A stretch of 64,000 bases of DNA from Eledone cirrhosa. Lineage: Eukaryota. Positions 12,991 through 24,952 of the stretch are shown one piece after another (within the stretch, counting starts at the first letter, position 1; the number at the start of each line of letters is the position of its first letter). The notes below the pieces were generated by a model, which saw nothing but the letters and a program-made list of their open reading frames with translations, was not told where the DNA came from and ran no database searches. A program made the position numbers and the translations under genes. The stretch lies in assembly GCA_964016885.1 (NCBI GenBank), contig OZ024752.1:28954001-29018000 (forward strand), in the 5' to 3' direction.

Positions 12991-13403
12991 CAGAGGTTCT
13001 CAAAGTGAGCGCTACTGCCCCTGGGAGGCAATGAGAAGGTCCAGAGGAGCACTGGGGCCTAAGGGGACAATAGAGATGATATAATAGTATATTAAATATC
13101 AAATGATATATATATTTATATAAATATAATAAAATAAAAAATACATATTTATTTATACATAGTATATATTATATTATTTATTATATATACTATAAAATAA
13201 AGTACCAGTAATGCACTGGGTATTTGCTGGCCTTATGCCAAAAGGAGAAACAATTATTTATTATATATAAATTAACAATGTTATTTGTTATATATTATTT
13301 ACAATTTGCATATAGGCAGGTCTCTCTGGAAATAGGGCTGGAGGACACTGAGGGTATTACGTAACCGTGAGGAGGTGGCAGCCCAAAAAATTTGAGAACC
13401 TCT
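12991..13403. mobile_element. hAT-like MITE; partial relative at about 45050-45210
   Basis: TIR CAGAGGTTCTCAAA / TTTGAGAACCTCT. Confidence 0.65.
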
Positions 13404-14142
13404 TACAAAATCAAGTAAAATACTCCTATAGACAGAAAAAGTGACCAGCAGCCACAACAAAGAATCAAACACTGTACTGCATAGTGACTGTTGGCCACTT
13501 ATTTTCCATCTATAGAGGTACTCTACCTGATTTTCTAACCTACTACTTTGTCGTCGTGTATATTACTATTGCAAATCCATTGAAGCATGGAGGCTTCATT
13601 TTTTTTCCAATCTTCGCAGGTCCAAGCCAAAATCAGTTCTGTGTTAGCGAATCATGGTCCGCCAACCTACTCCCTCACAAAGGGACAGCCCGTCCTACCC
13701 ATGCTAGCATGAAAGATGGACATTAAATGATGATGATGATGTTGATTTCTTATAACAATCGACTGTAGCTACAGTTATTTTCTGTGTTCCGTATTCCTAC
13801 ATCTTTTAAGAATTTCAAATCTAACCAGCGCTTCGATTCTTTATATTTACATTGTTGTAGTTACTCTCAGTTCTCAAATAATCTTCCCCTAACTCGCTAA
13901 TCAATTTTTCAGATTTTTTTCCACCACCCCGCAATATGTAAACTGAATGACTAATTCTAGTTTTTGAAAAAAATCAACAAAGACAACCTAGAAAAATTCT
14001 CAACTTTCCAACCACCCTAACCCTACAATCAGCAAACCCGCTTATTCTACACCCACCCCTATTATTTATGACCTGAGAGTATGTAGTTTGTTTTATAAGT
14101 ATTCGGCAGAATGTAAGCAGCAGGTTGCATAGAAGATATTCA

Positions 14143-14375
14143 TCAGATATTAATTTTGAAAAGCTGTTGGATGTTTACTATTCTTCCTTTGAAGAAATAA
14201 AAGTTTACTAATCCACGAGGAAGGTTCAAATCAGCCAATACCATTAACATCTTACCAAACCGGGAGGCTGGGTTATGATTCTTGCTTTGAGTGCTTATAT
14301 ACTGCGACAATGAAACATACAGCTGTTCTAAATAAGCTTCAGCACGACACTCCTCCAGGAAATTTAATTCTTTCA
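14143..14375 (-). CDS. NR2E5: NR2E5/HR83-like exon 7 (last): ligand-binding domain helices 9-12 and stop
   Basis: Acceptor gttctttcag, 233 nt to TGA. Contains PASRFGKMLMVLADL (RFGKLLL-type motif) and ends GRIVNIQQLFKINI. The seven exons sum to 1128 nt = 375 aa + stop. Confidence 0.88.
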
Positions 14376-15582
14376 CTGAAAGAACAATGAAACCATGTGT
14401 CTGTATTAGAGATTGTTTTATAGACATTTAGGTGAAAGTAAGAGAAAACGAAATACAATGACTGGGAGAAAGAAAACAACGAAGGAGATGGATCCTCTTG
14501 CTCATTTGCTTTCACTTGAAACAGTTAGAACATGTGTTGAGGGTTCAAATTACTTGACAGGTGTTGCGAGGATGATGTGTGTAAAGTCTGTCTCAAGCCT
14601 GGAGGCTCATCAGGCCAGTGTTCATATCAGTTTATGTGGTGTTAAGCGACTGAGAGTACATGACTTCCCCCTGGACAGGACGCCAGTCCATCACAGGGTT
14701 AAACTCCCAGCTATTGTTGGTACTCATTTTCAGCTGAGTATACTGGAGTAACATGAAATGAAGCAACACACAGCCCAGTCCAGGAATCGAACCCATGACA
14801 TTGTGATCATAAGTCCAACACCCTTACCACTGGGCCATTTGCTTCCACTGAGGATGATATGTATAGACCCATAATTCCTGATAGAATATACATACATACA
14901 AAAATGAGTATTTGTTAGGAGCTGAATATAAATTCACTTGATAAGTTTTAGTGCAGTGCATGAACACGCACATGCACGCATACACACACATGCATGTGTT
15001 TGAGTGTGTAAATTTAGTGGAGGATTGACAATATCTGTTAAGCATCAGACAAACTTCCCTGCTGTATTCAATTACGGCTTTCTATATTCTGAGTTCAAAT
15101 CCCACCGAGGTCAACTTTGTCTTTCATCCTTCAGGAGTCAATAAAAAATAGTTACAGTTAAGTACTGGGTCAATATAATAGACTTTCCCCTTCGACCTTG
15201 TGCTAATGTTAGAAAAAATTATTTGTACAACTGTATCTCATGTTAGAATTCTTCTTCTTCGCCACTTATTCCTGAGAGGGTCGTGGGGACAGAATCCTCC
15301 AGCTGGTCCTGTCTCCAATTGATCCAATTGGGTCCCCAAGCGAGACCAGCCAAGCTCATGGATGTTATCCAACCATCTTGCTTGGGGTCTACCCCTGGGT
15401 TTCCTGCCGATTGGATTGACGTGTAAAATCTGTCCAGCAATTCTTTCCTGAGACATTCTGACATGCTCCTAGTATCAGAGCTATGATCTCTCAAGGAGAA
15501 GTAACAGCTCTACTCGAAGCAATTCTCTGATCTCCAAGCTACGCACTCTATCCAAAAACCCTATCATCATCATCATCATCAC

Positions 15583-15865
15583 TGTTTTACGTCCGTTCTT
15601 CCACGCTAGCATGGGTTAGACGAGTTGTCCTGTTGTGGGCAGTGTCTGGTCGGCTGACCATGCCTTGCTCATACAGGAACTGATTTGGCTTGATTTCTAC
15701 AGCTGGATGCCCTTCCTAACACCAACCTCATTTACAGTGAGTGCTGGGTGCTTTTTCGTGGCGCCTACACGTCCACTTTACAGTGTGGGCTGGATGCTTT
15801 TTTGCCGTGGCACCTCCACGACCACCTTGCGGTGGGGGGTGTGAGGGCATATTGTCTATATGCTA
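15583..15865 (-). mobile_element. Solo 3' UTR of the RTE-type LINE at 54061-55395
   Basis: Near-identical reverse complement of about 55088-55385, including the (GAT)n tail. Confidence 0.85.
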
Positions 15866-15900
15866 TATTTAACATTTTAAAAAGAAAAAAAACTACTTAC

Positions 15901-16015
15901 TTCGCCGTAGAAGCAGAATAGTTTCCAGTGAAATCATTTCTACATAATCAACATTTAGAAGCTGTCCTGACATTAGAAAATGTTGAAGCTTTTCAATATC
16001 CTCTTTCTCAAACAT
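15901..16015 (-). CDS. NR2E5: NR2E5/HR83-like exon 6: ligand-binding domain helices 7-8
   Basis: Acceptor aagtttcag, donor GTAAGT. 115 nt, phase 0-1. Encodes MFEKEDIEKLQHFLMSGQLLNVDYVEMISLETILLLRR. Confidence 0.85.
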
Positions 16016-16288
16016 CTGAAACTTTAAACAAACAATAAATAATAAAGTGATGCCATTTATAGAAATGAAATTTAAAAACAAATATAGTAAAGGTTTTCTT
16101 GTTCAGTACATGCTAATGCTAGGCAGTGAATTGGCAGAGTTGTGAGAGCGTCAGATAGAATGCTTTGCAGTATTCATTTCCACAGTCCAGTCCTGGAGTC
16201 GATGCTCAAATTACCAAAAAATTCTAACACAAAGTGTTTTATTTTGATAAAATATTAAATGAAAAATGTTCAAAGGATGTAAACTTAC

Positions 16289-16503
16289 GTTTTCTGTCTG
16301 ATTATTGTCAATATACATATCTAATTTATTAGAATCCATTTGCCATTGTGAGAGACTCAGTAAAAAGAGACAACTCCAGCTATGTTCCAATAATATCATT
16401 TGATTGGCTGGTTTTAACAAGAAGAGAATTTGGTTTGATAAGGCGCGCTGCAATGTCAGTGAAAGCACTTTAGAACTGAGTTCAAACAACGAATCCCATG
16501 AGT
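16289..16503 (-). CDS. NR2E5: NR2E5/HR83-like exon 5: ligand-binding domain helices 3-5
   Basis: Acceptor ttattttctag, donor GTAAGT. 215 nt, phase 1-0. Contains LLKPANQMILLEHSWSCLFLLSLSQW, a diverged form of the LBD signature (DQxxLLxxxWxELFxL). Confidence 0.87.
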
Positions 16504-17377
16504 CTAGAAAATAAATAAAAGAGAAGAATGACGAATAAGAAAATAAATAAAAGAGAAGAATGACGAATAAGAAAATCATTGTCTTTCTTCTTCATGTCTT
16601 AAAGATATTAAATAGAGGAAATAGGGAGTAATTTAGATTAACAAACTTACGCAATAATCATTCTTTACATTAGCATATTATATGTGTTCAGTTTATTTAA
16701 TAAAGAAAACATACTAACAAGAAAGAAACTAAGAATCTATATGAAGTTTCTTGGTCAGGCTTCTGCCTACTAATGTAATCCAGTACAATCTGCTTCGTGG
16801 TCAAGTGGTCAGCAACTAAACCAGCTCCCCCACCAGACCCTGGTCTGGTTGGGACAGGTTTCTGCCTGTTACTGGTACCATGTACCCAGTACAACCTGCT
16901 TCATGGTCAAGTGGTCAGTGATTAAACTTACTCCCCCCATCTCTGTAGTGTTAACCTGTATAGTTATCATACACAATATAGACCAAGGAAGACCTGGAAA
17001 GAGGTGGTGAGAGCTGATCTCAAATCACTGAGACTCACAAAAGAAAGGGGCCATGCTGAGAAGGACCCATTGAACCCATTCAAGCATGGAAAAATGGACA
17101 TAAAAACGATGGTGATGATGATGATGAATATAAAGTTAAATCAAAATATAGAAAAATGGACATAAAAATGATGATGATGATGATGAATATAGAGTTAAAT
17201 CAAAATATATAAAATAAAAATTTTAACATTTATAGACACTTAGTTTCAAACTAACTCTAAATTAAAATATTAAAAGTATTTCCAATCTATAATCAATATA
17301 GTTAAGTTAGTATTTGGTGCAGGCAAGATTCCTTTGCAACAAATCATAAAATAAACAAAACTTACAATTATTCTTAC

Positions 17378-17704
17378 CATTTTTTTCTGCTATTTGAAAT
17401 GGCAGCATAGCTTGTTGGAAAGGAAAATTTAAAGTTTGGTTGAAAAGGGAACAAGAAAAACGATGCAGCTGTTGAGATCTTGGAGCAACTGGTCGGAAAG
17501 CACTAATGTACTGGGCTGTATCTTTGTACTCTTTTGTTGAAGATGAAGCAACTCTTTTGTTGTTATTGAAGAAAGAAATGCTTGTTTCCTGTTGAGTTAA
17601 TTTCTTATTACTTCTAAGGGTTTTGTTTGATTCACTGGTTTGGTTGATTTCAGTGTACTTGTCACAAGATTTGTTCTTCCGGGGTCCTCTTTCTTCTTGA
17701 ACAG
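17378..17704 (-). CDS. NR2E5: NR2E5/HR83-like exon 4: T-box and hinge (not in ORF track)
   Basis: Acceptor gttattgtag, donor GTAAGA. 327 nt open frame, phase 1-1. Begins (A)VQEERGPRKNK and ends MLPFQIAEKN. Confidence 0.88.
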
Positions 17705-17735
17705 CTACAATAACAGATTTTAATTACATCATTAA

Positions 17736-18209
17736 CCCTTTAGTCACCAACTCGGCGAAAACCAGCTCTAGTTCTACAAAATAGTCATCAATTTTAAAGG
17801 TTTCGAATTTATATTAAAATATTCCAACATAATTTTATATAAGAACCTTACATTAAGTTATTATCTTAGTAATGAAATAATGAATAATTTTAGTAAATCC
17901 CTCAAAATTCTTCATTAACCCTTTAGCATTTAAACAGGCCATATACAGCCAGAATTCTGTTACCTTTTTCTGTTCAAACCGGCCATAACCAACTGCTTAT
18001 ACTTATGTTAAGGTATTTGTTCTCAAAATAAATGTCAAAATCTCGTAGATTCGATATTATGTGAGATAATTATGTGAAATAAAGTGTTTACTATGAAAAT
18101 ACAATAGTAAATATTGAATAATGGAAAAGCTAAAAGGTTAATAATCAAAATACCTTAATTAATTAATTAAAATACAGTGTATTTCATTAGAAATGCAGTC
18201 ATGATAGGG
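17736..18209. mobile_element. piggyBac-type MITE containing a nested second MITE (17919-18137)
   Basis: TTAA|CCCTT...AGGG|TTAA termini on the outer element and equivalent TTAA-flanked termini on the inner one. Confidence 0.8.
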
Positions 18210-18339
18210 TTAATAAGCTTATATTTATAGAACTTCATTAAAAAATAAATATAATATTACTAAAGCAATGCTATATATGTTAAGCATGCTGTAGAATATA
18301 GCTGAAATGGTCGGTCTTATTTGAGTGGTGTGCACACGT

Positions 18340-18935
18340 TTGGCAGTGTAATTAATTAAAGTTACTTGGGGAAAAGTTAAAGTTGACTAAATCAATTCCA
18401 GTACTAGACTGGCACTTTATTTTATCAACTCCGGAAAGACAAAAGGCAAAGTTGACCTTGGCGGGATTTGAACTCAGAATGTAAAAAGCCAGAAGAAATG
18501 CTGCATTGACATTTTATCCAAACTCTACTAATTGTGCCAATCCATTTCTCTAAATAATGGTTTCTGACTTATGCACAAGGCCAGCAATTTTGGGGAGAGG
18601 GGAAAGTCGATAAAACAACCGCAGTGCATTACTGGTGCTTTATTTTATCAACCCCGTAAGGATGAAAGGCAAAGCTAAACTCGGCGTGATTTGAACTCAG
18701 AACGTAAAGGGCCATAACTATATGCTGCAAAGCATGTTGTCTGATGCTCTACCAATACTGCCAATCCACCAGCCTCACCGCTCTAAGTAATGATTTCTAC
18801 TTTAGGTACAAGACCAGAATTTATTTTTTAGGGAGAGGGGTTGAGTCGATTAAATCAACCCCACTCAACTGGTATTTTATTTTATCAACCAAGGAAGAAT
18901 GAAAGGCAAAGCTGACCACAGCAAGATTTGAATTC
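18340..18935 (-). mobile_element. Three tandem SINEs of the major family in NR2E5 intron 3
   Basis: Same core motif three times. Confidence 0.85.
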
Positions 18936-18981
18936 ATTAACAAACAATATTAAAAATGTATGATAAAAATGAAATAATCAC

Positions 18982-19074
18982 CATCTTTATTCATTCTAAC
19001 TTTGAAACATTTCTGAAGACGGCAATATGGGCACCAGTTCCTTCTAGTCTTGTCAACTTGGCATTTACCTTTCG
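18982..19074 (-). CDS. NR2E5: NR2E5/HR83-like exon 3: second zinc finger (not in ORF track)
   Basis: Acceptor tttttcaattag, donor GTGATT. 93 nt, phase 1-1. Encodes (A)[30 protein letters not shown]. Confidence 0.93.
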
Positions 19075-19196
19075 CTAATTGAAAAATACAAAAATGTGGA
19101 ATAAAAGACTATGTTTTGAGCATACATCTACCTAAACAACTTAATTTCTATTTCAAAATTAAATTTGCAAAATTTATTAAAAAAAAAATTATTTAG

Positions 19197-19659
19197 CCCT
19201 TTAATCTGGCATTTAAACTGGCAGTATCCGGCCAGAATTCTCTCACCTTTTTCAGTTTAAACCGGCTGCTCATACTGATATTAACCCTTTAGCATTTAAA
19301 CCGGCTATATATGGCCAGAATTCTCTCACTTCTTGTTCAAACTGGCTGTATCCGGCCAGAACTCTCTCACTTCTTGTTCAAACCGGCTGTAACTGGCCGC
19401 TCATACATACATTAAGGTATTCTTCTCAAAATAAATAACATCAAAATCTCATAGATTTCATATTATGTGAGATAATGCCTTTACTGTGAAAATACAATAG
19501 TAAATATAGAATAATGTAAATGCTAAAGGGTTAAGATATTGTTCTGAAAATAAATATCAAAATCTCATAGATTCGATATTATGTGAGATAATTATGTGAG
19601 CTAAGGCCTTTACCGTCAAAATATAATAGTAAATATAGAGTAACATAAATGCGAAAGGG
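19197..19659. mobile_element. piggyBac-type MITE with a same-family copy (19285-19530) nested inside
   Basis: Inner TIR CCCTTTAGCATTTA/TAAATGCTAAAGGG flanked by TTAA. Confidence 0.8.
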
Positions 19660-20489
19660 TTAATTTTATTTCAAAACAATATGCTTGCTTTCAAACTCAT
19701 GTCATATGTAAAAACTTTCCAGCATTAATTTCGTTGAATTTTTAACTCAATTATAGTCAACAAATTCATAAGTATAAAATCTAAAATATATTTTTTTTAA
19801 ATTTAATTATAACAAAGTTAGTGTTAAGATACGAAACCACAACATGCCTTTTAAAAGTGTGGTATGTTATCCACTATAAACTTCCACTCATATTCACATC
19901 AAACAATGCATGCATGAGGGGTCCCGTAATTCCCAAGGGAGCCGTAGGGCCACTGTATTAACATACAGCGTTTCTGGGGCATTTTTAAACCTGGCAGAGC
20001 CCATCTCTGCGCCAGGTCTGAATACAGCAGATTTCTTCCAGAGAAGAACAGAGAGACTGAGAGAAAGGTGAGAAAGAGATATAGAGGAAGAATCGACCCC
20101 AGTACTTGGTTGGTACTTTTTTATTAATCCTAAATGGATGAAAGGCAAAGTTGACCTCAGTGGAATTTGATCTCAGAGAGTCAGAACAAATGCTGCAAAG
20201 CATTCTATCCAACATTCTAACGACTCTGCCAATACCTACAAGAGGTTCCAATGTGGAACTCAGTGAGGTTTGAAATCAGAACACAAGCAAAACAAATATC
20301 TGACACTCCCAAATACTCTACCAAATTGACCACCTGAATATATCACAGGATTTCTGAAAAGTCAATTATTTCTATTGTCCACAAAATTAATGATAAACAT
20401 TTTTCTCCCAATCCTTGGCACCCCTCCTTCTCGTTCTTTCATACTCTGATTCTTAAATTCAGCGTTAAATAAATTACTAATTAACAAAG

Positions 20490-21122
20490 CATGTGATGGA
20501 GTTCCACTGAAGCAGGTATAGAAGTTCAAGTATCTCAGGGCCGTGTTCACAAGTGATAGAAGGCAGGAGGCTGAATTAAGTGTAAGAATTGCAAAAGCTG
20601 GTGTAGAAATGCGCCAGTTTCAGCATTCAGTAATCAGAAGGGAGGTAGGTGTAAAAGCCAACCTCGCTATCTTCAATTCGGTTTTCATGCCAACCTTTAC
20701 CTATGGTCATGAATCTAGGGTAATGACCGAAAGAATACGATCAAGAATACAAGCGGTTGAAATAAGATTCTTCCGAAGAGTCTTTGAAGTAACATTACTC
20801 GATAAAGTGTGTAAATCGGAGATCAGAGAGTTACTCGAGGTAGAGTTGCTACTTCTCCCAATTGAGAGATCGCAGTTCCGATATTATGGGCATGTGCTTA
20901 GAATGTCTCAGGAAAGAATTGCTAGACAGATTTTACAGACAAAACCAACCAGCAAGAGACCCAAGGGTAGACCCCAAGCAAGATGATTGGATAACATCCA
21001 TGAGTTTGGCTGGTCTCACTTGGGGATACAGCTGGATCAGTTGCTTCTGACAGGACACGCTCGAGGGAGTGTTTCAGAACAGTGCCCCCACGGCCCACTC
21101 AAGAATAAGTGGACGAAGAAAA
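20490..21122 (+). mobile_element. RTE LINE 3' fragment; related pieces at 15245-15560 (-) and 22466-22620 (+)
   Basis: FKYLRAVFTSD, YGHESRVMTER, YYGHVLRM, RPKGRP motifs; (GAA) tail. Confidence 0.85.
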
Positions 21123-21969
21123 AGAGAAAATATTATTCAAACTTAAAATGATCATTTAAGAGCAATTGCTTTTTATCTAAATTGAAATTGTTAGTATATC
21201 TAACGCTCCATTCATATGGTTCTAGTAAGTAGACATTAATTTTTTTAACAATTTCCCAATTTTTTTTATATCTTGTCGTAAAAATTGTAAGGTAACAAAA
21301 TATCTTAATAGCTGAAGCCTTATTGTAGTTTTTAGCATACTTATTGTTTTGTTTTCTTGTTGTTTTCGTACGTTCAATAGATTTGATATATATATTAGAG
21401 AAATACTTGACATTTTAGAAACAATGCTCATTTAATGTGCACTTGAAGTTCATTATACCCAAACAAATAATGACATGTATATTTCCTTTCCTTTAACCCG
21501 TAATTCCTGGTGGAATCGGAGGGGCGCCGTACTGACATTCAGTGTTTCTTTGGTATGTTTTTAAAAAACCTGGTGGAACCCATCTCCTCTTCAAATCTAA
21601 ACAAAGCCGATTTCTTCGAGAGGAGAGAGAGTGATAGGTAGGAAGTGAGAAAGAGATATAGAGGAAAAATCGACCCCAGTACTGGACTTACACTCTATCG
21701 AAAGGATGAAAAGCAAAGATGCTCTAATGACTCTGCCAATTCGTTACTTGACATGTAATTTACATGTACATATATTGCCGATTTTAGAGATACAGACCCA
21801 CAACAGTTTCCTCAGATTCCGCATTTGACGTTTTAGAGAAGCCAATTCGTGAAGATGTTTGGTAAGCATTGGAAACATAAATGTCACTAGTATTAACAAC
21901 CACACAGATACTTTCATGCATTTTTTTGTTCACCATTTTAATAATTATTCAACATTCTACCCAATTTAC

Positions 21970-22110
21970 CTATACAATAATACACCATCTTTCGACGAAT
22001 ACTCCTTTTAAAAAAACAGCTACAGCCATCACAGCAATAAACTCCATAATGTTTTCCGTAGCTTTTGTCTCCACAAACTTTACATGACACCGGAACCGGA
22101 AGTGTTCTTC
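21970..22110 (-). CDS. NR2E5: NR2E5/HR83-like exon 2: first C4 zinc finger of the DNA-binding domain
   Basis: Acceptor ttttctttccacag, donor GTAAAT. 141 nt, phase 1-1. Encodes (G)[46 protein letters not shown]; the CDGCSC P-box region is typical of HR83/NR2E5. Confidence 0.93.
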   Translation of the reverse strand, partial: EEHFRFRCHVKFVETKATENIMEFIAVMAVAVFLKGVFVERWCIIV

Positions 22111-23106
22111 CTGTGGAAAGAAAATGGACTCGCAATAAATGAGCGGCTTCGAATAATTTAACGTCTGCAATGACTTTAATTCTTATTTATATTGAACAAG
22201 GATTTATACAATATTGATTTCTAATTTAGGCATAATTAAATCAACCCTAGTACTTGACTGGTATTTTATTTTATCGACCCCAGAAAAGAGAAATGCAAAG
22301 TTGACTGCCATAAGATTTGAATCATCATCACCAGATACCAGATCTGTTCTAGACGATCACTGCTCTCTAGTCCATCTTGTCAGTGATGAAGACGAGGTCG
22401 CTCTTTCTTGTCCTATTTTCGTTGACGTGTTTGTTCAGTCGTTCTTTATCTTCCATAGATTTATGGTTGGATAACATCCATGAGTTTGGCTGGTTTCACT
22501 TGGGGGGCCCAGCCGCATCAGTTGGAGACTGTTGCTTCTGACAGGACCCGCTGGAAGAAGTGTTTGACGACTCTGCCCCCCCCCCCCCTCTCTCTCGGGA
22601 ATAAGTGGACGATTAAGAAGAATGTAAAGAGCCAGAACAAATACCGCAATGCCATTTAATCCGACGTTCTGCCAATCTACCACTCTAGGAGAGGCAGAAC
22701 CATACAATATTGCCAGTCACATCTTGATAGCATCAATAAAAACAAACAAAAGTATGTATATTATTTAATTGTGTAACATATAATCATAAAATACTAACAC
22801 CAAGCCACACAAACCTGTTTCTGGTAAAAAAAAAAACCTACAATTTTTAGTAACACTAGCAGAAAAACTACCCTCGGGTGGTTTTCTGCTAGCATGTGTA
22901 GTGTGTAAATAATAAATAATTGTTTCTACGTTATGCACAAGACCAGCAATAACCCAGTGCATTACTGGTACTTTATTTTATCGACCCCGTAAGGATGAAA
23001 GGCAAAGTCAACCTCGGCGGGATTTGAACTCAGATCGTAAAGGGACGTAACTATGCTGGAAAGCATGGCGTCCGACCCTCTACCGATACTGCCAATCCAG
23101 TGTAAA

Positions 23107-24051
23107 TCTATATATATAAAACTGTGGTTGTCTATCGATTTTTGGCACACATCTCCTCTTAGAATCTCTCACGGAATTGCACCGAAATTGCTATACTTGT
23201 ACATTGAGCCCTAGCGAAGACATCGGAAAAAAAATATTTCAAATTGACCCACCCTATGTGACGAAATCGAATATAATGTATCGATTTTTGAGCGTAAGTT
23301 ATCAGTTATTTCCCTTTGTTCTGTTTACATTGAGCGTCTTACGTAAAAAATTACGCTGGCTTTCTCAGCGTTTAAAATGACATTAACACAATACACGAAC
23401 AGACAGTTGTCGAGCCAGCAAAATATTGACCTGCAAAATTCATCAGTTCGAACACTAAGCTTCCGTTTTGCTTCATTTCCATTTAAAAGCCTTTTAAAAC
23501 AATATTTTTACTTGAAAACAAGTCTATTTAAAGACTACGTAAAACAAGCAAATATTTCGTAAAAAAAAGCAAAAATTATATAAGTTTATTTAAAATATAT
23601 GTATCTGTAAATTTCGTTAGGCGTGCAGACAGACAGTCGTGCAGAGAGGTGATATAGTCGTGCAGACAGACAGTCGTGCAGAGAGGTGATATAGGCGTGC
23701 AAACAGATAGTCGTGCAGAGAGGGGATATAGGCGTGCAGACAGACATAACTGATAATTTGGTTACGCTAATGTTTTTCTCTGCGTTGCAGTGTTTACATT
23801 TTCGATCTTTGTTAATAAATAACCAGTGCAGTTTCTATCCCCAGCATCCTCTTTTGTTATAACATTCGGGTTATCGTTATGTTTTCTTAACTTCATAAGG
23901 CATATTGTTGGTTGAGGGAATATTAATCAAAAACACCACATGCAAGTCTGCACAGTAGACACTACAGTTTTTAAGCCAAGAAAGAAACTTAACATTGTAA
24001 CTTTAACACAGCTACTGAGCGACCCCGAGCAACGCCGGGCTTTACTGCTAG
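23107..24051 (+). mobile_element. Non-autonomous Helitron-like element, copy 1
   Basis: 5' A|TCTATATATATAAA; 3' hairpin CCCGAGCAACGCCGGG then CTAG|T; internal 37-bp minisatellite. Confidence 0.8.
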
Positions 24052-24054
24052 TAA

Positions 24055-24952
24055 TCTATATATATAAAACTGTGGTTGTCTGTCTGTCTATCGATTTTTC
24101 GCACACATCTCCTCTTAGAATCTCTCACGGAATTGCACCGAAATTGCTATACTTGTACATTGAGCCCTAGCGAAGACATCGGGAAAAAAAAATTTCAAAT
24201 TGACCCACCCTATGTGACGAAATCGAATATAATGTATCGATTTTTGAGCGTAAGTTATCAGTTATTTCCCTTTGTTCTGTTTACATTGAACGTCTTACGT
24301 AAAAAATTACGCTGGCTTTAACAGTTGTCGAGCCAGCAAAATATTGACCTGCAAAATTCATCAGTTCGAACACTAAGCTTCCGTTTTGCTTCATTTCCAT
24401 TTAAAAGCATTTTAAAACAATATTTTTACTTGAAAACAAGTCTATTTAAAGACTACGTAAAACAAGCAAATATTTCGTCGTTAGGCGTGCAGACAGACAG
24501 TCGTGCAGAGAGGTGATATACGCGTGCAGACAGACAGTCGTGCAGAGAGGTGATATAGGCGTGCAGACAGACAGTCGCGCAGAGAGGTGATATAGGCGTG
24601 CAGACAGACAGTCGTGCAGAGAGGTGATATAGGCGTGCAGACAGACATAACTGATAATTTGGTTACGCTAATGTTTTTCTCTGCGTTGCAGTGTTTACAT
24701 TTTCGATCTTTGTTAATAAATAACCAGTGCAGTTTCTATCCCCAGCATCCTCTTTTGTTATAACATTCGGGTTATCGTTATGTTTTCTTAACTTCATAAG
24801 GCATATTGTTGGTTGAGGGAATATTAATCAAAAACACCACATGCAAGTCTGCACAGTAGACACTACAGTTTTTAAGCCAAGAAAGAAACTTAACATTGTA
24901 ACTTTAACACAGCTACTGAGCGACCCCGAGCAACGCCGGGCTTTACTGCTAG
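24055..24952 (+). mobile_element. Non-autonomous Helitron-like element, copy 2 (head-to-tail)
   Basis: Same termini; near-identical to copy 1 apart from indels; separated from it by TAA. Confidence 0.8.

Noticed and set aside
21938-22135. Calling the receptor TLX/NR2E1, dissatisfaction or PNR/NR2E3, or using the ORF-track start
   Set aside because: CDGCSC, NWCP and QEERGPR differ from the TLX/PNR pattern (CxGCSG, NQC). The ORF-track start is a non-ATG codon inside the acceptor tract.
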